Below, one piece after another: positions 48,294-58,536 of a DNA stretch of 64,000 nt. The DNA lies in assembly GCA_020631855.1 (NCBI GenBank), contig JACKGU010000001.1:447597-511596 (forward strand), written 5' to 3'. The DNA comes from Candidatus Nomurabacteria bacterium (GTDB lineage Bacteria; Patescibacteriota; WWE3; UBA101185; UBA10185). Positions within the stretch are counted from its first letter, which is position 1; every line of letters begins with the position of its first letter. A program made the position numbers and the translations under genes. The notes under the pieces were generated by a model. It was given only the letters and a program-made list of their open reading frames with translations. It ran no database searches and was not told the DNA's origin.

Positions 48294-48381
48294 TGGCGGA
48301 GGGTGTGGGATTCGAACCCACGGACGGTTTTATCCGTCACGGCTTAGCAAGCCGCTGCATTAGCCACTCTGCCAACCCTCC
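48294..48381 (-). tRNA. tRNA-Ser (anticodon GCU), CCA encoded
   Basis: GGAGGGTTGGCAGAGTGGCTAATGCAGCGGCTTGCTAAGCCGTGACGGATAAAACCGTCCGTGGGTTCGAATCCCACACCCTCCGCCA. Long variable arm. Confidence 0.9.
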
Positions 48382-48438
48382 AAATGTGAGGTTATTATAC
48401 TACACAATCATACAATTTTGACATGAGCCAAAAACACA

Positions 48439-49527
48439 ATGTTGTATAATAACAGCACTATGACAAGCGCCCCAGTAGACAATAACGTAAATGCACTAAA
48501 AACCCAAAACATGGTTGAGCGGGCTCAAAAAACGCACATTCTTCAAACAGATGTTTGGGGAGATTTTAAAACAGCTATGGGAACAAAGGCTATAAGGGTG
48601 GCCGGTGTACAGTACACTTTACACAGATTACCTAAAACTAACATAGCCTACGCTTATTGCCCAAAAGTAAACCCAAAAAATATAATTTGGGAAGAATTAG
48701 AAAAGTCTTTAATAAGTAACAGGTGTTTCGCAATAAAATTTGATGTTCCGAATATAATTTCTACCGCCGCTAATTATAATAACTCAAACACAAAAGAATT
48801 GGAGATATTTACGTCAAAAAAAGGGTGTATCAAAACTTATAAAAGTACAATTACTCAAAACAACGTTCTACTAAACATCGAGGAGGAAGAAAACAAGCTT
48901 CTGTCGAACATGCATCCGAAACACCGATATAACATTAAGTACGCGCAGAAAAAAGGCGTGCAAGTAAGAATTACACCATATAATAACTATGACGAGCAGG
49001 CTAAAAGAGACTTTGAAATCTTCTGGAATCTACAGAAAGAAACTAGAGCCAGGCAAAACTTTTTAACACACTCTAAAAACTATTTCGAGAAGGCTTTCGA
49101 AACACTTGGTAAACAAAATGCAGCTTTTTTGATTACAGCCGAATATAGAGAAACGCCCCTGACCTCATGGATGGTTTTTATAAAAGACGGAACACTTTAC
49201 TACCCTTATGGCGGCTCCTCCGAAAAATACAGAAACTTTCAAGCAAGCACATTAACTGGATGGGAAGCTATTACGTTGGGTAAAAAATTTAACTGCGACC
49301 TTTTTGATATGTGGGGAGCATGCAAAGATCTAACAAAAGAATCTGATCCGGAAGTAGGATTTACAACTTTTAAAATTAGGTATGGAGGTACGTATGTAAG
49401 ATTTATTGATTCTTATGATTATGTTCTCAACAAACCTATTTATCACGCTTTTAAAAACATTTATCCAAAAGTACTTGGTGGTTTAAAATTTGCAGCTAAA
49501 ATTAAAAATTTAGGGAAAACATCATAA
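48439..49527 (+). CDS. FemAB-family aminoacyltransferase (peptidoglycan interpeptide bridge formation, FemX/MurM-like)
   Basis: N-terminal HILQTDVWGDFKTAMGTK (Fem FLQSxxWxxxK-GW-like) and C-terminal YPYGGSSEKYRNFQASTLTGWEAI (Fem YxYGASxxE...QWE-like). Confidence 0.6.
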   Translation: MLYNNSTMTSAPVDNNVNALKTQNMVERAQKTHILQTDVWGDFKTAMGTKAIRVAGVQYTLHRLPKTNIAYAYCPKVNPKNIIWEELEKSLISNRCFAIKFDVPNIISTAANYNNSNTKELEIFTSKKGCIKTYKSTITQNNVLLNIEEEENKLLSNMHPKHRYNIKYAQKKGVQVRITPYNNYDEQAKRDFEIFWNLQKETRARQNFLTHSKNYFEKAFETLGKQNAAFLITAEYRETPLTSWMVFIKDGTLYYPYGGSSEKYRNFQASTLTGWEAITLGKKFNCDLFDMWGACKDLTKESDPEVGFTTFKIRYGGTYVRFIDSYDYVLNKPIYHAFKNIYPKVLGGLKFAAKIKNLGKTS

Positions 49528-49562
49528 GTACTAAACAAACTTTCCGGTAAAAGCTTAAAAAA

Positions 49563-50183
49563 CTATCCTATTTCGTAGTAATAACTATCAAACTCTTCTC
49601 CCTTGATCACCGAGGTCGGGGGTATACCACTTAAAGAATAACGGCAACACACAATACGGAACGGTCGTTTCTGTTCGAGCAGCTGTATATAGATTCTGTC
49701 TATCATTGAGGGGAATAAATACATATAGACCGCGGTTATTTGAGACAGGTCTTCAAGCAGCTTGGTTGAGGGTCTAAATATGTCCTCTCTATATACGCAG
49801 TAAGTGCCGTATCCTTTATAGCGAAGCTTTAGAAATATTTTGGATTTTAGGGCTTGGTAACGATCTTTTTCAACACCTATTGCCCTTTTAACTCCGTGCT
49901 CTCGGAGAGCCGACAGTAAAACTCTCCCATCACCGCTACCGAAATCAACGAAAACGTCATTTCCGCTAAGCTGCAAGACTTCTAGAGCTAAATCAATGTT
50001 TTTCTTATCTAGCGGAAGATACGGCGCGTCGCAAAGATACGTTGTGTATACAAACGTGAACAGCTCCAAAAAAACTAAAGATCCTGCAACAACAAGTATG
50101 AAAAATAGCAACATTAAAAATAATAAAATTAACATTAGTAAGATACTTTCTGCGCGTGAGGGCAAATATCTGAGTAAGGACAC
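49563..50183 (-). CDS. class I SAM-dependent methyltransferase with N-terminal TM anchor
   Basis: Motif I VFVDFGSGDGRVLLSA, acidic motif II. N-terminal hydrophobic segment. Confidence 0.6.
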   Translation of the reverse strand: MSLLRYLPSRAESILLMLILLFLMLLFFILVVAGSLVFLELFTFVYTTYLCDAPYLPLDKKNIDLALEVLQLSGNDVFVDFGSGDGRVLLSALREHGVKRAIGVEKDRYQALKSKIFLKLRYKGYGTYCVYREDIFRPSTKLLEDLSQITAVYMYLFPSMIDRIYIQLLEQKRPFRIVCCRYSLSGIPPTSVIKGEEFDSYYYEIG

Positions 50184-53032
50184 AGCTTACACACGTGCCC
50201 CGGAGTAGGATCAAACTTATTGTCTTGAATCTTAGAGAACACTGCTAAAGCTTTTGTTTTTATGGCCTCGAGCTGATCGAGTGTTCGAGTGGTAGATACT
50301 TTTTCGTTATGCTCAACAAAGTACAGCGTTAGTTTTTTTGGCACCAGCTTTAGCACTTCTTTCGCCGCTAATGCATAAATAGTTACCTGCTCATTTTCAT
50401 CTACCTCTTTTTGAGACTTACTTTGCCCGGTCTTGTAGTCTATTATTTCGACTTCGTTGACACCATCTTCTGAGTCCAGCCTGTCTATTCTGTCTATTCT
50501 TCCGTTTAGTGTTTTATCTTGATCTAAGCTTAGATAAAAATTTTTCTCCAATGCAAATGTTTTAGCAGAATTTAAAATATCAACTTCAAAATATTTTTTT
50601 AGAACGTCTTCTCCTTTTTTGTAATATCCTTCGCGCTGTTCTTTACTTTGATATCCTGTAGGATCCCAGTTAGCTTTGTACATCTGCAATACGTCTTCAA
50701 TTTTTACAGATGGCGAAACAAGTTTTTTCATGTGATAGTCCCGTAGGGTGTTGTGAATTGTGTTTCCAAAACTTAAACTATATTTTGACGGCGTAGGAAC
50801 ATTCAGGACATGTTCATATCTGTACCTAAACGGACACGAAAGATAAGACTCCATTTTAGAATAGCTTAGTACCAATTTCTTTTCATTTAGATTTTTTTTG
50901 GGTTTCGGTTTGCGATAGACTGAATTTTTATCGAAAAGGGTGCTCTGACTCTCGGCTCCCTCGAAGTCTTGAGAAGATAATTGTGTGGTTTCTATTTTTG
51001 TTTCAGCTAAATAGCCGCTGGGAACGGTGTTTCTTTTTCCGCCATAGCTCTTTGCGTAAGTTAAGTAAAGATATTTTTTTGCCCTAGTCATGCCAACATA
51101 AAACAATCTCCTCTCTTCTTGCAAATGTGCGTCTCCTGAGGGCAATCTTTCTTTCACCAGGCTATCGGGCAAATCAATTGCGTCTGATCTATTACGTGTA
51201 GGGAACCTTCCGGAAACAAGGTTAATCATAAACACCACGGGATATTCCAGACCTTTACTCGCATGTGTAGTCATAAGCTGAACAGTGTCGTAGTCCTGTA
51301 TTTCTGCCTGAGCCGGGCTGTCCCCGGCCTCCAGCATCAGATCAATATAGTTTACTAAATCAACAACAGTAGCGATTTCTCTTGTATCTGCGTAGTGAGA
51401 AAGCTCAAACTTCTTTATTTTCTCTAAAAACAGGTCGAGGTTTTTCAATCTTAGCTCATTTTCCAGAGATTCTTCAGACGTTAGACGTTTTATCATACCT
51501 ACCGCATGCACAAGTTCATAGGTTAGTTGGGAGGGCGTTTGGCTCGCCAAACGCCCTCTATAATCTTCAAATAGCTTTAAGAAACTCTGCACCTCCTCCA
51601 CCGGGGTACTCACTAACTTATCCCACAGATCAACTCTCTCCTTCTTCACCTCAGCAAGAATTTTTGAAATAAGATCAGGGGAAATATTAAAATGCTGAAG
51701 GTTCAAAATACGATACAGGCTGATAGCATCATATGGATCAACTAAAATTCTTAACAAGGCAATAACATTTCTTACTTCATCGGTATCATATAAACCGCGG
51801 TTACCTACCAACTGATAGGGGAGGCCGTGTCTCCTCAGAGCCATAATAAAAGGATCAAGGTGGTTATTTGCACGAGCAAGTATTGCAAAATCTTTGTATG
51901 AATACGAGGGCTCTTGTCCCAGTATTAAAAGTATTTTCTTTACAATAAACTCAGCTTCGCTCTCCAATGTGTCTAGCTCAATAATCTCAGGCTTTATCGA
52001 GCCGGAAAAATCGGCCCCAAAACTACTAACCAATTCTTTAGAAATATTAAGTTTTATTTCGAGAGTATCCGGATTATTTTTCTGTATCAAACTATAAGCA
52101 GGGTCCAATATCGCTTGGGATGAACGGTAATTAGTAAGCAGAGTCAGCATTGTTGTGTTTGGATAATCGGCCCTAAAATCTAAAATATTTGAAACTGCAG
52201 CACCTCTAAATTTATAAATTGACTGAGAATCATCTCCAACTACCATTAGGCTTCTCTTCTCAACCTCCAGTTCCGCAGAAGGAGAGAGAAGTTTTATTAA
52301 TTCGTACTGTGCATAATTCGTATCCTGAAACTCATCCACCAAAACATGCGTAAATTGTTTCTTATACCTGTTTAGAATATTATTCCTCTCTTTAAAAAGT
52401 TTAATGGTCCAAACGATAAGATCTCCAAAGTCCATGGCAGACTGCTGCAACTTCAACTCAGTGTATTTTTTATAAAAAGAGGAGAGCTCTTTCCACCTTT
52501 TGATTTCTTCAGGCTCGCCAACATAAGACTCGACGTAACTTTGCAGATCTTCCACACTAGTATTTTCATCTTGCAGTCTTGAAACAAATTTTAACAATGC
52601 GGAAATTGCTTTTGTGGGGTTACTCAAAGGGCGATAATAATCCAGTTCAAAATCAAATAAATGTCTACGAACCAAAACCCACTGATCTGAATAGGATAAA
52701 ATTTTGTAAGAAGGATTCAGCCCGATTTCAAGACCTTCAAGTTTGAGCACTCGATCACAAAAAGAGTGAAAAGTGTCAACCCAAGGCTCGGTATAACCTA
52801 AAGGCATAACAGTGTCTAATCTAGCCAGCATTTCTGCTGCAGCCTTATCTGTAAAAGTTAGTGCTAGTAGTTTCTCGGGAGGAAGGTTGTCGTGCTGAAT
52901 CAGTTTTTTTATACGTTCAGTAATAACTCGAGTCTTTCCGGTTCCTGCACCGGCGACCACAAGCAAGGGGCCCACAGCATGATCCACAGCGGCTTGTTGC
53001 TCAGGATTTAGTACAAAGGTTCCCTTTTTCAT
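50135..53032 (-). CDS. UvrD-like helicase fused to C-terminal PD-(D/E)XK nuclease domain with Cys cluster (AddA/AddB- or helicase-Cas4-like)
   Basis: Walker A VVAGAGTGKTRV, UvrD motifs through motif VI. C-terminal RIDRLDSEDGVNEVEIIDYKTGQ (PD-(D/E)XK D...EIIDYK) plus CPFRY...CKLCPYSDICP (Fe-S-type Cys cluster). 965 aa. Confidence 0.85.
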   Translation of the reverse strand: MKKGTFVLNPEQQAAVDHAVGPLLVVAGAGTGKTRVITERIKKLIQHDNLPPEKLLALTFTDKAAAEMLARLDTVMPLGYTEPWVDTFHSFCDRVLKLEGLEIGLNPSYKILSYSDQWVLVRRHLFDFELDYYRPLSNPTKAISALLKFVSRLQDENTSVEDLQSYVESYVGEPEEIKRWKELSSFYKKYTELKLQQSAMDFGDLIVWTIKLFKERNNILNRYKKQFTHVLVDEFQDTNYAQYELIKLLSPSAELEVEKRSLMVVGDDSQSIYKFRGAAVSNILDFRADYPNTTMLTLLTNYRSSQAILDPAYSLIQKNNPDTLEIKLNISKELVSSFGADFSGSIKPEIIELDTLESEAEFIVKKILLILGQEPSYSYKDFAILARANNHLDPFIMALRRHGLPYQLVGNRGLYDTDEVRNVIALLRILVDPYDAISLYRILNLQHFNISPDLISKILAEVKKERVDLWDKLVSTPVEEVQSFLKLFEDYRGRLASQTPSQLTYELVHAVGMIKRLTSEESLENELRLKNLDLFLEKIKKFELSHYADTREIATVVDLVNYIDLMLEAGDSPAQAEIQDYDTVQLMTTHASKGLEYPVVFMINLVSGRFPTRNRSDAIDLPDSLVKERLPSGDAHLQEERRLFYVGMTRAKKYLYLTYAKSYGGKRNTVPSGYLAETKIETTQLSSQDFEGAESQSTLFDKNSVYRKPKPKKNLNEKKLVLSYSKMESYLSCPFRYRYEHVLNVPTPSKYSLSFGNTIHNTLRDYHMKKLVSPSVKIEDVLQMYKANWDPTGYQSKEQREGYYKKGEDVLKKYFEVDILNSAKTFALEKNFYLSLDQDKTLNGRIDRIDRLDSEDGVNEVEIIDYKTGQSKSQKEVDENEQVTIYALAAKEVLKLVPKKLTLYFVEHNEKVSTTRTLDQLEAIKTKALAVFSKIQDNKFDPTPGHVCKLCPYSDICPHAQKVSY

Positions 53033-53080
53033 TTAACAGTCATTATACAGCAAAGCAGTACCGAAGAAAGAACGAACATT

Positions 53081-54163
53081 CTATTCTAAAAGGTTCTTTT
53101 GCTCCAAACCAAGTTTAGAGCTGTCTTCCGCTGGTTTAACCTGCTGTATGTTTTCAAGCTTATTAATAATTTTTTGGTAATTGGTTTTAACTGTATCCAT
53201 AGAGTTAGTAGCTCTTCTCAAATGACCGTCTAAAACCCCAAGGTCAGAATCGAATTTTTTAGCTTCTACTTTAAGTCCTCCGAGTGCTTTTAGAATTACT
53301 CCTGCGTGTTGCTGTAGCTCCTGCTGCTGATAAGCAACCAAAAGTATTTTTAGGAAATATGAAAATGTATTTGGGGAAGCTAAAACAACATTCTTAGCTT
53401 TTGCATAATCCTCTATCTCTGCGGTATTAACAAGAAGCTCATAATAAACATTTTCAGAAGGAATATACATTACTGCCTGGTCTGTTGTATTTTCGGCCGG
53501 CAAAATATACTTTGTTGCCACCTCGTCAATTCTCTTTTTCACATCTCTAATAAACGTCTTTTTCGCCTTTTCCCTTTCTTCAGGGCTATCTTGAGTCTGC
53601 ATCAGTTTAAAGTTTTCCATTGGGAATTTAGAATCTACAGGAATCAAACCTTTATCAGTCTTGATGATTGCGTCACAAACATCTCCGGTTCTAAATTTAT
53701 ATTGAGTTTTATACAAATCTTTTGGCAAGGCATTAGCCAAAACGTCATATAAAAACTGCTCTCCGAGCCCTCCGCGAAGCTTTGGGGATTTTAGAACATT
53801 ACTAAGATCCTTCATGTCCTTACTAAATTCTTGAAGCCCTCCTAGGTTTTTTTGTACATCGGAAATAACTTTTGTAGCATTGTCTAGTCTGTCCCACATT
53901 AGTTTTTGGGCTTTTTGCAAAGAATCTTGCTGATTTTTTAACTGAACATTCAGAGATTCACGCTGATCTTTCAGTTGACTAGCTATAACATCTGCATTCT
54001 TGTCCACCGACCCTTTCATCTCTTTCAACCACTCGATCAAGGTCGTATCTTCTTTTGGTGCCTGTAGTTCTTCTTTCAGCTTTTTTAGCGCTGTATTTAT
54101 GTAATAAATAATTCCTAAAGCCACCAGCGCCAGCGCAAATATTATTAGTGTAGAAGTACTCAT
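53081..54163 (-). CDS. rmuC: DNA recombination protein RmuC-like
   Basis: N-terminal TM, long coiled-coil, C-terminal RmuC block DAIIKTDKGLIPVDSKFPMENF. Confidence 0.7.
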   Translation of the reverse strand: MSTSTLIIFALALVALGIIYYINTALKKLKEELQAPKEDTTLIEWLKEMKGSVDKNADVIASQLKDQRESLNVQLKNQQDSLQKAQKLMWDRLDNATKVISDVQKNLGGLQEFSKDMKDLSNVLKSPKLRGGLGEQFLYDVLANALPKDLYKTQYKFRTGDVCDAIIKTDKGLIPVDSKFPMENFKLMQTQDSPEEREKAKKTFIRDVKKRIDEVATKYILPAENTTDQAVMYIPSENVYYELLVNTAEIEDYAKAKNVVLASPNTFSYFLKILLVAYQQQELQQHAGVILKALGGLKVEAKKFDSDLGVLDGHLRRATNSMDTVKTNYQKIINKLENIQQVKPAEDSSKLGLEQKNLLE

Positions 54164-54272
54164 AGGGTTATTGTAACAAGAATTCTCATAAATCTCTCGT
54201 TCTTTTAAGCAGAGAGAGTAAAGGCGCGTTTCCTAAAAAACGTTCTCTTTCGTATTAAGGTATAATGTTGGT

Positions 54273-54566
54273 GTGCCTAAATTTTTATATACGCTCACGG
54301 TCGTAATATTGGTAAGCTGGCTAACCTTACTAACATACATGAAAACTGTTCCACCAAAAAATATTCCTGCAGCACTGCTTTGGGGCATTCTCTTCTTCAT
54401 CACAACCTACAGCACAACCTCAGTGCTGGTTTATATTTTTAATAAAGGAAAGAAATCCGACAAAACAGACAGGGAGTTATACAGACAAGGCCTTCGCGCC
54501 TCCACAGCAATAGCACTCATACTAACTTTAACCATTACTATAAAGATTGTGTTAAAACTTATTTAA
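54273..54566 (+). CDS. small hypothetical membrane protein
   Basis: 97 aa, 3 TM helices. Confidence 0.3.
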   Translation: MPKFLYTLTVVILVSWLTLLTYMKTVPPKNIPAALLWGILFFITTYSTTSVLVYIFNKGKKSDKTDRELYRQGLRASTAIALILTLTITIKIVLKLI

Positions 54567-54660
54567 ACTTCTATCTAACGAGAGGCACGATTCGGCCTCG
54601 AGCTTTTCTACGCTTGCTCTTTGTATTCTAACCTGCAACACATCTGCTATAATCCAAAGC

Positions 54661-56106
54661 ATGGAAAAAAGATTTTATGTTACAACCCCAATATACTATG
54701 CCAACGGAAGTCCTCATATCGGGCACTTTCTGACCACGACGATAGGGGATGTTTTGGCAAGGTATAACAGGCTTATCGTGGGGGCTGAAAATGTGTATTT
54801 TACAACCGGGATCGACGAACACGGCACCACTGTCTCTGACGCAGCAAAAAAAGCCGGGTACGAAGAAAATATTCAAGCCTATGTTGACGAGGCCGCACAA
54901 GAATGGAAAGCTGTATTTGATAAGACGCACATTTCATATGATTATTTTGTAAGAACAACAAGCCCGTACCACGCAAAATTCGTTAAAGAACTTGTATTAA
55001 AAATGCAAAAAGCCGGAGATATTTACAAGGGAAATTATGAGGGCACTTATTGCAATGGGTGTGAAAAACACCTGACCCTATCGGACCTTAATGAAGAAGG
55101 GTACTGCCCTCTACACCGACCGGACCAAACCATAAAAATTACTGAAGAAAATTATTTTTTCCGCCTATCAAAATATGCGAACCGCCTAGTTGAAATTTTT
55201 GAAAAAGATTCTGTAGTAATCTTTCCTGAATCGAAAAAAAACGAGATCCTTTCTCGCCTTAAAAGCGGGGTAGAAGACTTGAGCATAACACGGCCAAAAG
55301 AAAAAGTGTCGTGGGGAATAGAATTTCCCGGGGATTCGGAACAAACTTTATATGTTTGGGCCGACGCGTTATCAAACTACATATCTTCTCTTGTTATAAA
55401 TAACAATTATGATTATTTTTGGGGCAAATATACAACCCACTTAGTAGGAAAAGATATTAACTGGTTTCATTCTGTAATATGGACTGCGTTTTTACTTTCA
55501 GCGGGCTATCCTCTTTATAAAAATATTTTTGCGCACAGTTTTCTAAATATAGGCGGCAAAAAAATAAGTAAATCTTTAGGCAACCTAATAACCCCTGACG
55601 AACTTATAAAATATTTTGGTGTTGATGGGGCACGTTATTTAGTTCTAAAAAACATTCCTTACAAAGACGACATAGATGTAACTATAGAAACACTAACACA
55701 GCAATATAACGCCGACCTTGCAAACGGCCTAGGCAACACAGTGGCGAGAGTCACAAAATTAGCGGAAAATTCACAAATTTCTTTTGACAACATATCAGAG
55801 GCTCAGTCTAGAAAGGAGATATTAGAAACTATACAGGAAGATATTGAACAGGTAAAAGTGCATGAGGCTTTGTCCAAAATATGGCTTAAACTATCGGATC
55901 TTGAAAAGCATATAAATACAAACGAGCCGTGGGCGATTGAAGATAAAAATCAATTAAAAACTATCCTGTCCCACGAGCTAAGGGAACTGTACAGCATTGG
56001 CATACTGCTCGAGCCTTTCTTACCTGAAACAGCGAATCAAATAGTTTCCTCAGTCTCCTCCTCAAAGATTATCAAAGATAAGGCCTTGTTTGAAAGAATA
56101 AAATGA
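54661..56106 (+). CDS. metG: methionyl-tRNA synthetase (short form)
   Basis: HIGH-region YYANGSPHIGHFLTT, KMSKS-like KISKSLGN, Zn-knuckle region CNGCEKH...CPLH. Confidence 0.9.
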   Translation: MEKRFYVTTPIYYANGSPHIGHFLTTTIGDVLARYNRLIVGAENVYFTTGIDEHGTTVSDAAKKAGYEENIQAYVDEAAQEWKAVFDKTHISYDYFVRTTSPYHAKFVKELVLKMQKAGDIYKGNYEGTYCNGCEKHLTLSDLNEEGYCPLHRPDQTIKITEENYFFRLSKYANRLVEIFEKDSVVIFPESKKNEILSRLKSGVEDLSITRPKEKVSWGIEFPGDSEQTLYVWADALSNYISSLVINNNYDYFWGKYTTHLVGKDINWFHSVIWTAFLLSAGYPLYKNIFAHSFLNIGGKKISKSLGNLITPDELIKYFGVDGARYLVLKNIPYKDDIDVTIETLTQQYNADLANGLGNTVARVTKLAENSQISFDNISEAQSRKEILETIQEDIEQVKVHEALSKIWLKLSDLEKHINTNEPWAIEDKNQLKTILSHELRELYSIGILLEPFLPETANQIVSSVSSSKIIKDKALFERIK

Positions 56107-56200
56107 TGTGCTTCTGACTTAAGTCCGTAGCCTCTTCTTCACTGCTTCTTTGTTACACTTTCGCCTTCGAATCTAATTTATAAATCTTATCTCAGCAAAT

Positions 56201-56320
56201 AAACCACCACCGGCTTACGCATATGGTTTTCTGTAATTTCTTTGCATTGCAAAGCCCGGCATGTTGGGTAAACTACGTCTACTGGCCCACGCAAGCAGTT
56301 TTAGGTAACGAAATTATAAA
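56201..56320 (+). repeat. intergenic repeat family copy 4
   Basis: AAACCACCACCGGCTTACGC...CTGTAATTTCTTTGCATTGCAAAGCCCGGCATGTTGGGTAAACTACGTCTACTGG...GGTAACGAAATTATAAA, between metG and the stop of the 56331 gene. Confidence 0.8.
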
Positions 56321-56330
56321 AAGAGTGTAA

Positions 56331-56690
56331 TTACATCCCTATTTCCGGAATATCCAACATCAAGTCTTCATTATTTGGTAAAGTGTCCAGGCTTTCTATT
56401 GAACCTTCAATGACTTTTACACGCTCCTTTATTTCAGCACCCTGCGATATATCTTCCTCAGGCTCAATTGCAAAATCTTTTTTTTCATCTTCTGTACCTG
56501 ATGGCTGTGAAACTGCTGAATGAAAAATACGACTATCAAAGTTTGGCATTAAAATATATTTTATAAAAAGTCCTAACAAAAACAATAAAACAAAAAGCGC
56601 CATATGCATTATTTTTTTACCACTCAAAAAACTTCTACCCGGTGAGGGTTTATCGTCAAATATCGATGAGATGCTGTCCTTTTTTTTCAT
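56331..56690 (-). CDS. hypothetical membrane-anchored protein
   Basis: 119 aa. Central TM (MHMALFVLLFLLGLFIKYIL). Confidence 0.35.
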   Translation of the reverse strand: MKKKDSISSIFDDKPSPGRSFLSGKKIMHMALFVLLFLLGLFIKYILMPNFDSRIFHSAVSQPSGTEDEKKDFAIEPEEDISQGAEIKERVKVIEGSIESLDTLPNNEDLMLDIPEIGM

Positions 56691-56702
56691 AAATAATAGA
56701 GT

Positions 56703-57425
56703 TTAAATATAACCTAAAGAGTTCAATAATTCTCGCAAATCATCAAATAAGGAGTCTATGTCTTCTGTGTTCTCTGTCAAATCTCTATTAAAGCTTGAAC
56801 TACTTATGTTATCGTGGTTTTCTAACAATGCATCAATGTTTACCATAAGTTCTTGCGCCCTATAACTCAGGTCTGCGAGCCTATCCTTATCCTCTTGGGA
56901 GTAAGTAGCTTGAGTATCCTCAAGAACGTCTATAAGAGAAACGATCTTATCTAAAACAACCTTCTGTTTTAGTAGACTTTCTTTGTATATAAAGGAGTTA
57001 AGTTTATTTAGCAGTACGGAGTAAGCAGGCTGTAAATTCGATACAACTATTTCTACATCACCGACTGTTTCAGCCTCGTTTACCAACTCCAGGTTTTCTT
57101 TTTTAAATGTATAAAAATCAGCCTTAAGTATTTTTAAGTCCGAGAGCTCGGCGTCGTCCCATATTTCGGAAGAGCCCAAAAGACGGTTAAGGCGATTTTC
57201 AAAAGCCTCAAATGTATTTGCTAGTCTGTTTTTGGAAAAAATTAACGCTTGTTGCCTATACCTATTACAAACTGCCGAAGTGTCGTTCTCCTCGTTGCAT
57301 TTTTTAACCACTTCAAGATAATCAGAACGCTGATCTACATCTTGTGCCCGAACACTTTGAGAAAGCAGTGATATTACGAATAACAATATTGAAAAAACGA
57401 GTGCTTTTTTTAACCAAACGTGCAT
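56703..57425 (-). CDS. hypothetical secreted protein
   Basis: 240 aa. N-terminal signal peptide (LLFVISLLSQSVRAQD), acidic helical protein. Confidence 0.4.
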   Translation of the reverse strand: MHVWLKKALVFSILLFVISLLSQSVRAQDVDQRSDYLEVVKKCNEENDTSAVCNRYRQQALIFSKNRLANTFEAFENRLNRLLGSSEIWDDAELSDLKILKADFYTFKKENLELVNEAETVGDVEIVVSNLQPAYSVLLNKLNSFIYKESLLKQKVVLDKIVSLIDVLEDTQATYSQEDKDRLADLSYRAQELMVNIDALLENHDNISSSSFNRDLTENTEDIDSLFDDLRELLNSLGYI

Positions 57426-57474
57426 CGTAAAATGTAGTATATCTTATTAGATGTTAGTCTTCAATGTGTTGTTT

Positions 57475-58146
57475 CTAGTCGTTTTTCTCGTCAGTAGAAC
57501 TTCCTTCATCAGTCTCGTCCTTAGCGGTTTCCTCAGTTGCTTCAATCTTGCTCAACGCATCTTCTTCGGTCTCTTCAACTATTTCTTCTTGAACTGCGTA
57601 GCCTATTTTTACAACTAAGTCTTCGTCTTCGTAGTCTTTTATTTCAACCTTGGATCGATCATAATTTAGTTCTTTTACTGTTATTCCTTGGTCAATCTCT
57701 ACAAGCCCGGAAACATCAACTGTAAAGTTATTCGGCAAGTCTGTCGGTAATGCTTCAACATCAATTTCATTAAGTAATACAAGTACTAAGCCTTGCCCAT
57801 TTTTCACTAAAGGATTTTTTTCTTCCCCAACAATCTCAACCGGTATAGTGGCTGAAATTTTCTCTTTTAAGTTTACCTTGTGAAAATCAACGTGAAGAAT
57901 TGTAGAAGTCACAGGATGAACTGCAATTCCTTTTGTTAATACTTTGTATTCAGTCCCATCAACCATTAAATCAATAACGTTTGTTTCACCTGCCTTGTTG
58001 TTAACTCTTACAAAGTCAACGTAGTTAATAGAAACAGGCACAGATTCCATGCCTTTTCCAAAAATAACTGCAGGAATAAGGCGGTTTTCTCTTAAGCTTT
58101 TTGTTTTTTTACCGAAGACTTCTCTTTTTTGTGCATTAAGTTGCAT
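57475..58146 (-). CDS. rplY: 50S ribosomal protein L25 / general stress protein Ctc form
   Basis: MQLNAQKREVFGKKTKSLRENRLIPAVIFGKG... L25 N-domain plus Ctc-type C-terminal extension with an acidic tail. Confidence 0.8.
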   Translation of the reverse strand: MQLNAQKREVFGKKTKSLRENRLIPAVIFGKGMESVPVSINYVDFVRVNNKAGETNVIDLMVDGTEYKVLTKGIAVHPVTSTILHVDFHKVNLKEKISATIPVEIVGEEKNPLVKNGQGLVLVLLNEIDVEALPTDLPNNFTVDVSGLVEIDQGITVKELNYDRSKVEIKDYEDEDLVVKIGYAVQEEIVEETEEDALSKIEATEETAKDETDEGSSTDEKND

Positions 58147-58445
58147 ACAGACTCCTTTTTTAGTTTCTTATGTACCTGTAATACTTCTTCCAAACTAACG
58201 GCAGGCACATTAATATACTTTCTTACTTCACTGCTCATTAAATCCGACTCCAAAGGCAAAACACCAAGTCCAATAGAGGTTATGGTTACCATATTTTCAG
58301 CACGGCAATTACTACAAACAGCATGGGCTATCGTAATTAATGGCATTTCGCTGATAGGCACGAATTTTGCGCTGTCCAAGCTGGTTCCGCACTTAGTGCA
58401 AAAGGCTTTAGATAGCTGGTTTTTTAGGCTTACTGATGATGTCAT
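58092..58445 (-). CDS. hypothetical zinc-ribbon protein
   Basis: 117 aa. CTKCGTSL...CSNCRAE. 3' end overlaps rplY start by ~55 nt. Confidence 0.3.
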   Translation of the reverse strand: MTSSVSLKNQLSKAFCTKCGTSLDSAKFVPISEMPLITIAHAVCSNCRAENMVTITSIGLGVLPLESDLMSSEVRKYINVPAVSLEEVLQVHKKLKKESVCNLMHKKEKSSVKKQKA

Positions 58446-58536
58446 AATACTATTTTTCCTAGAAACAAAGAGATTTTACCCTTGTTTGCACATTTTTGCA
58501 ACTTTAACACACTCGGCACTTAAAAGCTATAGATAG

